A model generated the notes under the pieces. It saw only the letters and a list, made by a program, of their open reading frames with translations, had not been told where the DNA came from and made no database searches. Positions 20,704-31,902 of a DNA stretch of 64,000 nucleotides are shown piece by piece. The stretch lies in the NCBI RefSeq assembly GCF_965204145.1, contig NZ_OZ241977.1, positions 1,754,887 through 1,818,886 on the forward strand, in the 5' to 3' direction. A program made the translations under genes and the position numbers. Each line of letters opens with the position of its first letter. Positions within the stretch are counted from its first letter, which is position 1. Source of the DNA: Candidatus Poriferisocius sp. (GTDB lineage Bacteria > Actinomycetota > Acidimicrobiia > Acidimicrobiales > Bin134).

Positions 20704-22143
20704 ATGAAGATCTGCGTCATCGACGTGGGCACCAGCAGCATCCGCTCCGCGGTGACCGACGGGCATGGGGTGATCTGCTTTCGCCAGCAGCGCACACCCC
20801 CCGACATGCCCGAGCCGGGGCTGGTGGAGTTCGACGCCAACGAGATGGCCGCTGTCATTCTCCGAACCGCCACCGAAGTCATCGACGAGGTCGAGGGCGT
20901 GGATGCGGTGGCCGTCACCAACCAACGGGGATCGGCGGTGGTGTGGGACCGGCAGACCGGAGAGCCGGTGGGCCCGGCCCTGGGATGGCAGGACCTTCGC
21001 ACGGTGGGCGAGTGCCTTTCGTGGCAGGCCGAGGGCCTTCGGCTGGTTCCCAACGAGTCGGCCACCAAGCTGGTCTGGCTGCTCGACCAGCACGATTCCG
21101 ACCGGACTCGGGATCTGTGCTTCGGCACCGTGGACACCTGGGCGGTGTGGTGCTTGTCGCAGGGCGCCAGCCATGTGGTGGATCCCTCCAATGCGGCGAT
21201 GAGCGGGATGCTGAGCGACGACGGAAGCCGCTGGTCGGATGAGATTGTGGGGCAGATCGGGGTTCCCGCTCACTGCCTGCCGGAGATCGTGGACTCCACC
21301 GGGGTGGTGGGCACTGCTTCTGCATTGCCAGGGGCGCCCCCGATTGCCGGGATCATCGGCGACCAGCAGTCTTCGCTCATCGGACAGCGCTGTGTGCTCG
21401 AAGGGCTGGCCAAGCTCACTTTCGGCACCGGTGCCTTCTTGGACGTGTGCACCGGCCCCGACCGGCCGATCGCCGACAAGCGCAGCGACCGGGGCACGTT
21501 TCCCATCGTGGCCTGGCAGGAGGACGGGGCCATCGTGTGGGGCGTGGAGGCCATGATGATCGCCGCCGGGTCGAACATGAGCTGGCTGATCGACGATGTG
21601 GGTCTGCTGGGCGATGTGGCCGAGTCGACCGAGTTGGCCGCCAGCGTGTCCGACACCGGCGGCGTGGTGTACGTGCCGGCCTTATACGGGCTGGGCACTC
21701 CCCACTGGGACTTCGGCGCCCGGGCCGCGCTGTTCGGCATTACCGGGGGCACCACCACGGCCCACATCGTGCGGGCGGTGTTCGAGGGAGTCGCCCACCG
21801 GGCCGCCGATCTGGTGGAAGCCGTCGAGGCCGACAGCGGCCATCGCCTGGAGCGGCTCAGGGTGGACGGCGGGATGTCTCAGAATCCGGTGTTCGTCCAG
21901 ATACTGGCCGACACCCTGGCCCGGACGGTGGAACTGTGCTCCGTGCCGGAGGGGACCGCGCTGGGCGCGGCGGTGCTGGCCGGACGGGCGCTGGGCCAGT
22001 GGTCAAGCTGGCAAGAGGTGGCCGACTCCTGGTCGCCCCGGGCGGTAGTGGAGCCGCAGGCGGTTGTGGAACGCGATCGCTGGCACGACGCGGTGCAGCG
22101 GGCGGCCCGCTGGTACCCCGAGCTCTCCGATATCGGCCTATAA
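20704..22143 (+). CDS. FGGY-family kinase (glycerol-kinase-like)
   Basis: IDVGTSS, TNQR, GDQQS, GLGTPHWD, RVDGGM; ATG at 20704. Confidence 0.85.
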   Translation: MKICVIDVGTSSIRSAVTDGHGVICFRQQRTPPDMPEPGLVEFDANEMAAVILRTATEVIDEVEGVDAVAVTNQRGSAVVWDRQTGEPVGPALGWQDLRTVGECLSWQAEGLRLVPNESATKLVWLLDQHDSDRTRDLCFGTVDTWAVWCLSQGASHVVDPSNAAMSGMLSDDGSRWSDEIVGQIGVPAHCLPEIVDSTGVVGTASALPGAPPIAGIIGDQQSSLIGQRCVLEGLAKLTFGTGAFLDVCTGPDRPIADKRSDRGTFPIVAWQEDGAIVWGVEAMMIAAGSNMSWLIDDVGLLGDVAESTELAASVSDTGGVVYVPALYGLGTPHWDFGARAALFGITGGTTTAHIVRAVFEGVAHRAADLVEAVEADSGHRLERLRVDGGMSQNPVFVQILADTLARTVELCSVPEGTALGAAVLAGRALGQWSSWQEVADSWSPRAVVEPQAVVERDRWHDAVQRAARWYPELSDIGL

Positions 22144-22217
22144 AACCCCTCGGCGCGCGTACGTGCGCCCACAAAACCCCCTCGCCTCAAGATGGCGGGG
22201 CTGGCAGACTGGATGCG

Positions 22218-22588
<371 letters not shown>

Positions 22589-22612
22589 CAATCTCTTCGG
22601 AGACGGCAATGC

Positions 22613-23122
22613 TCAGCGCTGCCGGGGCTGCCGCCGATCAGCGCCCATCTGAGACCGGTCAAGGCGGCCCTGGGTGCAGAACAGGCGCAAACGCTGGCGA
22701 TCGGTGAGGCCGTAGCGGCGCACGGCCCAGGCGCCGACGGCCAATCCGATCAGCTCTAGTGCGATCAGCGCGCCCGCGGGCTTGAATTCGGGAAGGCCCC
22801 CGTTGGCCACATCCACCCCGAAAACCGGCCACCAGAACAGATCAGTGCGCAGCCACGCGCCGTCCAGCACCAAGTACAGGAACAACCCGATGGGCAGTCC
22901 CAGCCAGCGGCGCCGGGCCAACCGGCGGCCCCGGGTGGCCAGCATCACCGCCAACAGCACGACCAGCGGCGCCAGCAGGGTGTGCAGCGCCCACGGACCC
23001 CCGGCCAGCAGCTCGACCATCGGCAGCAGGGAGCCGAGCATCACCATGCGGTAGTCCAGCGCCGGACTGTCGAACACCAGGGCCACCAGCACGAAGCTGA
23101 GGGCCAGAAACCAGAAGAACAC
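22613..23122 (-). CDS. Membrane protein (metal-dependent hydrolase-like)
   Basis: Hydrophobic; DYR..GSLLP..HTL pattern. Confidence 0.65.
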   Translation of the reverse strand: MFFWFLALSFVLVALVFDSPALDYRMVMLGSLLPMVELLAGGPWALHTLLAPLVVLLAVMLATRGRRLARRRWLGLPIGLFLYLVLDGAWLRTDLFWWPVFGVDVANGGLPEFKPAGALIALELIGLAVGAWAVRRYGLTDRQRLRLFCTQGRLDRSQMGADRRQPRQR

Positions 23123-23137
23123 TGGTTGTCCGTCCGG

Positions 23138-23860
23138 TCAGGCCCTCACCAGGATGCGGCCGCACTCCTCGCAGTGGCACAGCTCATCGGCGGGCGCGTG
23201 GCGGATGCGGTCGAGTTCCATGGCCGAAAGCGCCAGATGGCAGCCCTCGCAGATGCCGTTGCGGAGCCGGGCCACCGCCACTCCGCCCATGCGGGCTCGC
23301 AGTCCCTCGTAGCTGGCCAGGGCGGCCTCGGGGACATCGGCGGCCTCGGCTGAGCGTGCGGCGGCCTCCTGGTCGATCTCGGCCTGCACGGCGGCTTCGG
23401 CCTCAGTCAGCTGCTGTTGGGCAGAGATTGCCTCGGCGTCGGCGGCCTCGAGGCTGGTGCCCAGAGTCACAACGTCAGACTCGATTCCCTCGATCGCCTC
23501 CATCAACTCCAAAGCATCGCTTTCCATGGCCGAGCAGCGCGACCGCAGTCCGTCCACTTCCTCTTGAAGCGTCAGCAGCTCCCGGGTGCCGGTGACCTCT
23601 CCGGAGTACAGCCGGTCGTGCTCCCGCTTGGTCCGGTCTTCCAGAGCGGCCAGCTCGTCCTCGTTGCGCTTGAGATTCCGCTGAAGCTCCAGCTGCTTCA
23701 TCTGCAAGGCCTCCCGCTGGTCGACGAGCCTCTTGCTGTCCGATTGCCGGGCGGCCAGCGCGGCCTTCTCGGGCAAGGTGTCAAGGCGATGGCGGAGCTG
23801 GTCGATCCGGGTGTCGTGGTCCTGCACCGACAGCAGGCGCTGGAAGTGATCGTCGCTCAC
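23138..23860 (-). CDS. Coiled-coil protein with C4 zinc ribbon (DUF164-like)
   Basis: CEGCH...CEECGRIL at the C-terminus. Confidence 0.88.
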   Translation of the reverse strand: MSDDHFQRLLSVQDHDTRIDQLRHRLDTLPEKAALAARQSDSKRLVDQREALQMKQLELQRNLKRNEDELAALEDRTKREHDRLYSGEVTGTRELLTLQEEVDGLRSRCSAMESDALELMEAIEGIESDVVTLGTSLEAADAEAISAQQQLTEAEAAVQAEIDQEAAARSAEAADVPEAALASYEGLRARMGGVAVARLRNGICEGCHLALSAMELDRIRHAPADELCHCEECGRILVRA

Positions 23861-23876
23861 GGTGCGATCTTAGGGG

Positions 23877-26225
23877 TCATGCTTCGGACTCAGACACCGT
23901 GCCCGGATCGGGGCCGTCGACACCAGAATCAGGGACCACCTCGTCGTCGGTGGGGAGATCTGAACCAGAACCCGGACCCACGCAGGTGTCGGCCACCCCG
24001 TCGTCGTTGGAGTCCAGAGGGAACTGGCCGTCGAGGCACTCCACCTCGATGGGCAAGGGAGTGCCGCAGAACAGCGGGATGGGCTCTCCGCCCTCCACCG
24101 CGAACTCGCTGAACCCACACGGCTCGACTCCTTCGGTGACCAGCAAATCCACGCACGCGTCGTGAGTGCCGTCTCCGTCGGTGTCCACCGGCACGATGAC
24201 GGGCACAATCACCTCCGGGTCCTCGGGCTCCAGCGGCGTCGCACAGGGGACGCCCACCGTGAACACGTCCTCCAGCTCGATGAGGTCGCTGAGCCGGGGC
24301 TCGCCGGGACAATTCGGAAATTCCACCACCTCAAGGCCCTCGTGATAGCTGGTCATGAACCGGCCCCACGCCACCGCCGGATAGGAGCTGCCGGTGACCT
24401 TGCGCATGGGGATGCGCTCATTGGGGTTCCCCAGCCACACCGCAGTAGCCAGATGAGGAGTGAACCCCACGAACCACGCATCGGCCGACTCCTCGGTGGT
24501 GCCGGTCTTGCCCGCCGCAGTCTGGAGGGGCAGCTGCGCCCGCCGCCCGGTGCCGTTGACCATGTTGTTCTCCAACACGTCGGTGGCCCAGCAGGCCGAG
24601 CGCTCCGTCACCACCCGCTGGCCCGACAGCTCGTGGCGGTAGAGCACGTTGCCCTGGCGGTCGACGATCCGCTCGATGAAGTACGGCTCGTAGCGGATGC
24701 CCCCGGTGCCGATCACCCCGTAGGCCGACGCCATGTCGACGGGGTGGACCTCCTCGGAGCCCAGCGGCAGCGACGCCACCGGCTCCAACTCGGTGGTGAT
24801 GCCCATCTTGGTCGCGGTGTCGACCACCGGCTGAATCCCCGCCACCCGGCCCAACCGCAAGAACGCGCAGTTGGAGGACACCCTGATCTGGTTGGTGATG
24901 GTGTCGACCATGCCAGGCGAGCTGGCAAAGTTGTTGGCCACATAGGGGTCGGGGACGCCACCGGGGTTGGGAATCTGGCAGGGACCCCGTCCGCTGATCC
25001 GGTCGCTGGGCAGGTACCCCTGCTCGAACAGGGTCATCATCACGAACGTCTTGAACGCCGACCCGGGCTGGCGGGTGCCTTGGGTGGCCAGGTTGAACTC
25101 CTCGGTGTCCTGGGCGAACCCCGGTCCCCCCACCACCGCTCTCACCGCTCCGGTGTCGGGTTCGAGGGTGGCCAGGGCCATGGTGGCCTCGACCCCGCCG
25201 TGCTCTCCCTCGTTGTATTCGGCCAGGGTGGCGGCCACCGCCGCCTCGGCCTGGCGCTGGGCGGCAGGGTCGAAGGTGGTGTAGATGCTGAGGCCGCCGT
25301 TGAAAACAAGATTGAAGCGATCCTCGGCACTTCCGCCCAAATACCGGGGGTCGTCCAAGAGCTGCTGCTTCACCTCCTCCACGAAGTAGCTCTTGGGGGG
25401 CAGCTCGATCTCGTTGACCTCTTTGGGCAGCGGCTGGAGGTGGTAGGCGTCGGCCTGCTCGGGGGTGATGTACTCCAGCTCGGCCAGCCGGTTCAGCACG
25501 ATGCGCCGCTGGCGCAGGGCCCGGAGGGGGTTGTTGATGGGGTCGTTGCTGCTGGGGTTGCTGATGAGCGCGGCCAGAAGGGCCGCCTCCCCCCATCCCA
25601 GATCGGCGGCATCCAGCCCCCAGTACACCTCGGCCGCGGCCTGCACTCCGTAGGCGCCCTGGCCGAAGTACACCGTGTTCAGATACAGGTTGAGGATCTC
25701 GTCCTTTTCCATCTCCTGCTCGAGGCGCTTGGCCATGGCCATCTCCTGGAGCTTGCGCTCGGCCTCGACCTTGTTGCCCACCACCAGGTTCTTGATGAGC
25801 TGCTGGGTGATGGTGGAGCCGCCCTGGGTGATGCCCCCGGCCCCCACATTCTCCAGTCCGGCCCGGAACACCGCGCTGAGGTCGACGCCGGTGTGCAGGT
25901 AGAAGTTCTCGTCCTCGATGGCGATCACCGCGTGCTTCAATTCTTCGGAAATGTCGTCGAGGTCCACCAGCACCCGGTTCTCCACGTAGCTGAACACGTC
26001 GATGATCTGGAGGTTCGAGTCGTAGACGTAGGAGCGAATGGCCAGCTCGTCCAGGCTCACATCCTCAGTCAGGTTCACCTCGACTGGGGTGGACTCCCAC
26101 GACCTCAGCACGTCGGTGGTAGGGGGCCAGACCACGAACAGGGTGGCGGCCAATGCCAATGCCAGCATGGGCATGAGCACGGCCAGACGGAACAGGTGGG
26201 ACAGCCACCTCAGGAAGTCCTTCAC
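23877..26225 (-). CDS. Class A penicillin-binding protein
   Basis: EDENFY.H.G, GGSTITQQL, SAFK, SSN, KTGT motifs. Confidence 0.93.
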   Translation of the reverse strand: MKDFLRWLSHLFRLAVLMPMLALALAATLFVVWPPTTDVLRSWESTPVEVNLTEDVSLDELAIRSYVYDSNLQIIDVFSYVENRVLVDLDDISEELKHAVIAIEDENFYLHTGVDLSAVFRAGLENVGAGGITQGGSTITQQLIKNLVVGNKVEAERKLQEMAMAKRLEQEMEKDEILNLYLNTVYFGQGAYGVQAAAEVYWGLDAADLGWGEAALLAALISNPSSNDPINNPLRALRQRRIVLNRLAELEYITPEQADAYHLQPLPKEVNEIELPPKSYFVEEVKQQLLDDPRYLGGSAEDRFNLVFNGGLSIYTTFDPAAQRQAEAAVAATLAEYNEGEHGGVEATMALATLEPDTGAVRAVVGGPGFAQDTEEFNLATQGTRQPGSAFKTFVMMTLFEQGYLPSDRISGRGPCQIPNPGGVPDPYVANNFASSPGMVDTITNQIRVSSNCAFLRLGRVAGIQPVVDTATKMGITTELEPVASLPLGSEEVHPVDMASAYGVIGTGGIRYEPYFIERIVDRQGNVLYRHELSGQRVVTERSACWATDVLENNMVNGTGRRAQLPLQTAAGKTGTTEESADAWFVGFTPHLATAVWLGNPNERIPMRKVTGSSYPAVAWGRFMTSYHEGLEVVEFPNCPGEPRLSDLIELEDVFTVGVPCATPLEPEDPEVIVPVIVPVDTDGDGTHDACVDLLVTEGVEPCGFSEFAVEGGEPIPLFCGTPLPIEVECLDGQFPLDSNDDGVADTCVGPGSGSDLPTDDEVVPDSGVDGPDPGTVSESEA

Positions 26226-26302
26226 CAGACCCCCAACGCTATCGGCCCGGCAGTCGACAGTGGGCGCGCACTATCGGCTCCGCAACCGGGGCAAATGGGC
26301 CC

Positions 26303-26767
26303 TCAGTAGCTGCCGCCCAGCTTGGTGTGATCCCAGCTGATGGTCTTCTCGGCCTTGACCACAACGGCGGTGCGCTTCAGGGCCATGTGTTCGGCTGCCT
26401 GCGACAGCATCTCCCGGTCGACGCCGGGGTTGTTGCGGACCATCACCTCCAAGGCGTAGCGGTGGACCACCTCGGGGTCGGTGTGCAGCTCGGCGTGCCC
26501 GTTGATGGCCACTCCCCGGAGCTTGTCGTACTCAAGGCCGTCCTCCATCAGCAGGGCGATCCGGCTGTCTCGCTCCAGGTTCTTGATCTTCTGCGACTTG
26601 GTGTAGGTCTCGAACACGATGTCGCCATCCACCACCGCAAACCACAGGGTGCTCAGATGGGGCGTCCCATCCCGGTTGATGGTGGCCACCTGGAGGCTCT
26701 TCTGCTCCTCGATGAACACCTCGAGCTCTTCGGGGGTCAAACGGATCTTGTCGCGTCGCTTAGCCAT
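26303..26767 (-). CDS. PPOX-class (probably F420-dependent) oxidoreductase
   Basis: ATINRDGTPH, SQKIKNLERD, SWDHTKL. Confidence 0.82.
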   Translation of the reverse strand: MAKRRDKIRLTPEELEVFIEEQKSLQVATINRDGTPHLSTLWFAVVDGDIVFETYTKSQKIKNLERDSRIALLMEDGLEYDKLRGVAINGHAELHTDPEVVHRYALEVMVRNNPGVDREMLSQAAEHMALKRTAVVVKAEKTISWDHTKLGGSY

Positions 26768-26800
26768 GCGCTCAGCTTTCCACACCGCCTCGGGCGGCGG

Positions 26801-27667
26801 TCATTCGTCCAGCACGGCGCGGGCCCGACGGGCGAGCGGCTCGTCCACCATCTGGCCCTCGAAGGCCACTGACGCCTCACCGCGAGCCTGGGCCTCGTCC
26901 CAGACAGCCAAAAGGGCCCGGGCTCGTTCCCGTTCCTCGGGTGACGGGGAGAAGCACTGGTTGGCCAGCGGCACCTGGGCGGGATGGATGCAGAGCTTGC
27001 CGCTGTAGCCGATGGACCGCCCCACCGCGGCGTCGGCCATGAAGCGCCCGTCGTCACCGAAGGCGGTCACCACCTGATCGAGCACCGGCACTCCGGCCAG
27101 GCGGGCGGCCAGCGCCACCTGCGAGCGGGCGTAGAGCACCTCGAGACCGTCGTCGGTGCGCACACCGCCCATGTCGGTGATGTAGTCCTCGGCTCCGAAA
27201 TAAGCGATCTGAACGCCGGGGTGCCCCACCACATCGACAGCCCGGGCCACCCCGGCGGCGGTCTCGATTCCGGCCAGCAGCCGGAGGTGCCCCCGACCCG
27301 CCTCGGCCAGCGCATCTCGTACCCGATCGACCTCTGCGGCGCTCTCCAGCTTGGGCACCACCACCCCGGCCAGCTCCGTGCCCAGGCTCTCGGCGACGTC
27401 ATCGGCGAACCACTCGGTGCCCGGCGGGTTGACCCTCACGAAAATGGCCAGGTCGGGGTGCTGGCGGCAAAGCTCGTCGGCGGCCGCTCGGGCCTGGCCC
27501 CGGGCCTCGGCTTTGGCTGCGGCCGCCACCGCGTCCTCCAAGTCCAGCACCACCCCGTCGGGGCCGCTGCGGGGGAGCTTGGCGCACATGTCGGGCCGGC
27601 TGGCCGGAGCGAACAGCAGGCTCCGAAGCCGGGGCAGCGCGTCTTCCATCAGGAGATTCTCGGTCAT
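26801..27667 (-). CDS. CitE-like CoA ester lyase
   Basis: RSLLFAP, LDLEDAV, IET, GAED, GKLCIHP.Q. Confidence 0.9.
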   Translation of the reverse strand: MTENLLMEDALPRLRSLLFAPASRPDMCAKLPRSGPDGVVLDLEDAVAAAAKAEARGQARAAADELCRQHPDLAIFVRVNPPGTEWFADDVAESLGTELAGVVVPKLESAAEVDRVRDALAEAGRGHLRLLAGIETAAGVARAVDVVGHPGVQIAYFGAEDYITDMGGVRTDDGLEVLYARSQVALAARLAGVPVLDQVVTAFGDDGRFMADAAVGRSIGYSGKLCIHPAQVPLANQCFSPSPEERERARALLAVWDEAQARGEASVAFEGQMVDEPLARRARAVLDE

Positions 27668-29610
27668 GTCAGCTCCGGTCGGCTGCGGAAGCAGTCCAAG
27701 GCCTCGGGGTTGGCCAGCGCCTCGATGTTGGCGATGGGCTGCCCGCAGATGGCGTCGCGCACCGCCAACTCCACCGTCTTGCCGCTGCGGGTGCGGGGGA
27801 TGTCGTCCACCGCGCAGATCACCGCGGGCACATGCCGGGGCGAGGCCCCCGCCCGGATGGCCGCCCGGATCGCCGCCTGCAATTCCTCGTCGAGACGGAT
27901 GCCGTCGGCCAGCATCACGAAGAGCACCACCCGAGTGTCGCCGGCGACGGGCTGGCCGACCACCACGCTCTCCGCCACTTCGTCCATGGCGTCCACCAGG
28001 CGGTAGATCTCGGCCGTGCCGATTCGCACCCCGCCGGGGTTCAAGGTGGCATCCGAGCGGCCGGAGATCACGAACCCGCCATGCTCAGTGGCGCAGATGT
28101 AGTCCCCTTGGTGCCAACAGCCCTCGAACCGCTCGAAATAGGCGGTCCGGTAGCGCTCATCGCCCCCCTCGCCCCAGAACCGGAGGGGCTGCGACGGGAA
28201 CGGCGACGAGCACACCAACTCACCGAATTGCCCCGGCCCCAGAGGAGAGCCGTCGCCGTCGAGCACTTGGATGTCCAGGCCCAAGGCAGGGCGCTGGATC
28301 TCGCCCGACCACACCGGGGCGGTGGGATCGCCGGCCACCAGGCAACCGCACAGGTCGGTGCCCCCCGAGATGGACGCCAGATGCACGTCCGCCTTGACCT
28401 GGCTATACACGTAGTCGAAGCCGTCGGGAGACAGCGGCGAGCCAGTGGAGCAGATGGTGCGCAGCGTGCCCAGCCGGTGGGTCTGTCGGGGCGACACCCC
28501 GGCTTTGCGCAACGAGTCGATGTAGCGGGCCGACGTGCCGAACAGGGTGACCCCGGCCCGGTCAACCAAGTCGAACAGGGCGTCTGGGCTCGGATGCACC
28601 GGGTTTCCGTCCCAGACCACCGCGGCGGCCCCAGACGCCAGCGCCGAGGCCAGCCAGTTCCACATCATCCAGCCGGTGGTGGTGAAGTAGAGCACCCGGT
28701 CGCCGGGGCGGACATCGCAGTGCAGCTGGTGCTCGCACAGGTGCTTGAGGAGGATCCCGCCCGCCCGGTGGACGATGCACTTGGGCCGACCGGTGGTGCC
28801 TGAGGAGTACAGCACGTAGAGCGGATGGTCGAAGGGAAGCTGCTCGAACTGGATCGGCCCGGGGGGATGGGCCTCGATCCAAGCGTCGAAGTCCACGGTG
28901 TCATCAGGCGGGTCCCGGTGCGGGTCCAAGCGGTTCAGCACCACGGTGGCCTCCATGGTGGGCAACCCGGCCCGGATCTGTCCCAGCCGTTCCCGGCAGT
29001 CGAACGCCTGGCCGCCGTAGACGTAGCCGTCCACTGCGAACAGCATCACGGGTTCGATCTGGCCGAAGCGGTCGAGCACCCCCGCGGTGCCGAAGTCGGG
29101 AGACGTGGACGAGAACACTGCCCCAACCGAGGCCGCGGCCAGCATCACCGCATAGGCCTCGGGCACATTGGGCATCCAGCACGCCACCCGGTCGCCGGGG
29201 CCCACACCCTGGGCCCGCATGGCCCCAGCCAGCCGGGACACCAGCGCCCGCAGCTGGCCCCGTGTGGTCTCGGCGTAGACACCGGATTCATCGGCGAACA
29301 CCATGGCGATCTCGTCGTCCTCGCCATCCAGCAGATTCTCCGCGAAGTTGAGCCGGGCGCCGTCGAAGAACCGCGTGTCGACCATGTGCTCGGCCTCGAC
29401 CACGGGGGCGCTCCCCCGCTCTGAGGCCACCACCCCGCAGAGATCCCAAACCGCCGACCAGAAGCCGCCCGGGTTTTCCACCGACCACTGGTGCAGCCGC
29501 TCGTATCCCCCCTCGGCCCCCACGTCGATGCCCAATACGGCGCCGAAACGGGCCAGGTTGGTGTAGGCGGCCTTGTTCCGGTCAGGTGTCCAGAGCGGCT
29601 GGCTGCCCAT
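27664..29610 (-). CDS. Acetoacetate-CoA ligase
   Basis: [41 protein letters not shown]. Confidence 0.92.
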   Translation of the reverse strand: MGSQPLWTPDRNKAAYTNLARFGAVLGIDVGAEGGYERLHQWSVENPGGFWSAVWDLCGVVASERGSAPVVEAEHMVDTRFFDGARLNFAENLLDGEDDEIAMVFADESGVYAETTRGQLRALVSRLAGAMRAQGVGPGDRVACWMPNVPEAYAVMLAAASVGAVFSSTSPDFGTAGVLDRFGQIEPVMLFAVDGYVYGGQAFDCRERLGQIRAGLPTMEATVVLNRLDPHRDPPDDTVDFDAWIEAHPPGPIQFEQLPFDHPLYVLYSSGTTGRPKCIVHRAGGILLKHLCEHQLHCDVRPGDRVLYFTTTGWMMWNWLASALASGAAAVVWDGNPVHPSPDALFDLVDRAGVTLFGTSARYIDSLRKAGVSPRQTHRLGTLRTICSTGSPLSPDGFDYVYSQVKADVHLASISGGTDLCGCLVAGDPTAPVWSGEIQRPALGLDIQVLDGDGSPLGPGQFGELVCSSPFPSQPLRFWGEGGDERYRTAYFERFEGCWHQGDYICATEHGGFVISGRSDATLNPGGVRIGTAEIYRLVDAMDEVAESVVVGQPVAGDTRVVLFVMLADGIRLDEELQAAIRAAIRAGASPRHVPAVICAVDDIPRTRSGKTVELAVRDAICGQPIANIEALANPEALDCFRSRPELT

Positions 29611-29612
29611 GG

Positions 29613-29948
29613 TCAGACGATATTGGGGTCGGCCAGCCACCACCACCAAGCCGCAGCCGCCACCGCTCCCGCAATCAAGGCGACGAAGAAGGCCCGCTTG
29701 GCCAGCTTGTAAAGAAACACCAGCGTGGCCAGCACGGCGACCGCCGCCGCCGCCAACGCCAGCTCGGGGTTGGCCGTGGCGAACTCGATCAGCTCGTCGG
29801 GAATGTCGTCTCGCACTTCGGGGGGCAGACAGTCGAGGGCGCGCTCGGGGAGTTTGTCGATCGATCCTTCCCGCAGCTTCTCCAGAAGACCGGGGTCGAC
29901 GCAGTCCACCCCGTCGGGCAGCTCAGGCGTCTGACCCTGCAATGGCAT
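29613..29948 (-). CDS. Small membrane protein
   Basis: Two C-terminal TM segments; fills the gap between co-oriented genes. Confidence 0.6.
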   Translation of the reverse strand: MPLQGQTPELPDGVDCVDPGLLEKLREGSIDKLPERALDCLPPEVRDDIPDELIEFATANPELALAAAAVAVLATLVFLYKLAKRAFFVALIAGAVAAAAWWWWLADPNIV

Positions 29949-30026
29949 CGCGACATTCTCCCTTGCCGGTCGGCTGATTCCGCGCACCCCCGGCGGGGGC
30001 ACCAGTCGACAAGCGCGAGGCGACTC

Positions 30027-31139
30027 CTAGCGCAGGTCGGAGAGCTTGACCAGCTCGGGCTCGATGCGCTCCACCGGGCCGGTGGGCAGGAAGAACCGCC
30101 AGAAGATGCTGCCGGTGGGGCGGCCCTCGGTGTCCAGCCAGTTGTACACGCCGGGGTCCTCATGGGCGATGACCATCTTGAAGGTGCCGTCGGCCTCCAG
30201 CGTGGTATTGGCCCGGTTGCGGCTGGTGACGCGGTTGCCGTAGTCGTAGGTCTGGCCCGCAGCAGTCCATAAGCACACGTTGCCGAACTTGCACTCCGGC
30301 CACCGCCCCGTCATCACCAACGCCTCGTCGGGGCCGAGCACATAGCGCCCCATGGTGTAGTAGGCGTCGAAGGCCGCGAAGCCCATGGTGCCGGGCGGCT
30401 GCGGATCGGGCAGCACGTTGGGCTCTCGGCTGACCCACGTCGGCAAGGGATAGGTGCCGGGGATGGGCTGTTGCAGGGTCTTGCCCAGCACGTGGTTGTT
30501 GACCCGGCCGATGGCGGCGGCCACGGTCTCGTCGTTCCAAAGCGTGGCCGGCCCCACCGGCGACAGGCACTCGATGGTGAGGGGGATGTGGAGCGACTCG
30601 TCGGCCGCCGCCGGCTTGGGGACCTCGAAATAGTGCCGGGTGGTGATCCGGCCCGTCTCGGGGGGCAGGTCCAGCCAGTTGCGGTCCCGGGGCTCGCCGC
30701 CGAGGAACACCTCGTATTTGCCGTCGGCATCCACGTCGATGTCGTCGTCGTTGAGCACTCCCCCGGTGCCGGTGGCGTATTTGCCGTCGGCCGAGCCCAG
30801 TTCCACGGTGAACGACGTGTAGACCGCTCCGGCCAGGTTGCCGGTGACCCGATAGGCCAGATCGCCGCTTACCGGGGCCTCGAAGTACACCGCATCGGCG
30901 TTGTCGCCGGTGAACTTGCGGGTGGGCGACACAATGCGGCGCCACACCGGGCGCTCGGGATCGAACTCGGCATGGGAGAACAGGGCCGACTGGAGAATGT
31001 GCAGCACCAGCCGGTGGCTGTCGGCGATGTCCTGGTCGCCGGAGACTCCCCACTCCTCGCCGCAGAAGCGCTCGCTCACCTGCCCCAGGGCATCAACCAT
31101 GTCGGCCCATGCCGCCTGGGTTTTGGTCTGATCAGCCAT
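30027..31139 (-). CDS. DUF1214-domain protein
   Basis: GDNADAVY and IAHEDPGVYNWLDTEGR..G.IFWRF; RBS GGGGAG. Confidence 0.78.
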   Translation of the reverse strand: MADQTKTQAAWADMVDALGQVSERFCGEEWGVSGDQDIADSHRLVLHILQSALFSHAEFDPERPVWRRIVSPTRKFTGDNADAVYFEAPVSGDLAYRVTGNLAGAVYTSFTVELGSADGKYATGTGGVLNDDDIDVDADGKYEVFLGGEPRDRNWLDLPPETGRITTRHYFEVPKPAAADESLHIPLTIECLSPVGPATLWNDETVAAAIGRVNNHVLGKTLQQPIPGTYPLPTWVSREPNVLPDPQPPGTMGFAAFDAYYTMGRYVLGPDEALVMTGRWPECKFGNVCLWTAAGQTYDYGNRVTSRNRANTTLEADGTFKMVIAHEDPGVYNWLDTEGRPTGSIFWRFFLPTGPVERIEPELVKLSDLR

Positions 31140-31240
31140 AACGATCTCCCCCATTTCAGGACTGTCGCGGGACGTTACCGCAGCGGCTTGAACTCGCCAC
31201 CATCCACCAAACCGTCACCCCTCGTCGGTATGGTCGCACC

Positions 31241-31816
31241 GTGAGTTCAGCCCTGGTGGACACGGCAATCGACGCGGCGATAGGCACAGCTATCGATGCC
31301 GCTTCGGTAGCGCCGCCTCCGCTTCCGATCCGCGTGATCCGCAGTCCGAGGCGCCGCAAGACCGCCGCGGCCAAGGTCCAGCCCGACTGCATCGAGGTGC
31401 GGGTTCCCGCGGGAATGACGCCCGACGCCGAGGCCGAGATGGTGGCCACCCTGGTTGCCCGCCTCGAGCGCAAGCGGGCCGCTGAGGCCGGCGGGGTTAA
31501 CCTGGCCGAGAGGGCCACCAAGCTGGCCTCCCGCTACGGCCTGCCCCAGCCGGAATCGGTCACCTGGGCCGAGCAGAACGACCGCTGGGCGTCGTGTACC
31601 TCGGCCCGGGGCACCATCCGCATCTCCACCCGCCTGGCCCGAGTTCCCGCCTGGGTGCTCGACGCCGTCATCGTCCACGAACTGGCCCATCTCTCCGTGC
31701 CCAACCACAGCCCCGCCTTCTGGGAGCTGGCCAACCGCTACCCCCGCCAAGAGCGAGCCTCCGGCTTCCTCGAAGCCATGAGCGGCGGCCACTCCGACCC
31801 CTGCCACATCTCCTGA
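31241..31816 (+). CDS. M48/DUF45 (YgjP-like) metallohydrolase
   Basis: RWASC and VHELAHL...NHSPAFW HExxH motif. Confidence 0.85.
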   Translation: MSSALVDTAIDAAIGTAIDAASVAPPPLPIRVIRSPRRRKTAAAKVQPDCIEVRVPAGMTPDAEAEMVATLVARLERKRAAEAGGVNLAERATKLASRYGLPQPESVTWAEQNDRWASCTSARGTIRISTRLARVPAWVLDAVIVHELAHLSVPNHSPAFWELANRYPRQERASGFLEAMSGGHSDPCHIS

Positions 31817-31902
31817 GCCCATTGGAAGGCGCGATCACCGCTGGCTTCGATCCAGCGCTTTGATCACTCGTCGCTAACGGGGGTAAGGCAGACTGAGAGC
31901 CG

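Noticed and set aside
22143-22202. Hairpins between the kinase gene and rnpB as terminator or REP element
   Set aside because: GC-rich stems are present but no clear U-tract on the + strand and no second copy seen; cannot assign
31255-31305. TAIDAA peptide duplication at the start of the M48/DUF45 gene
   Set aside because: Short, degenerate, in a probably disordered N-terminus; no evidence of function
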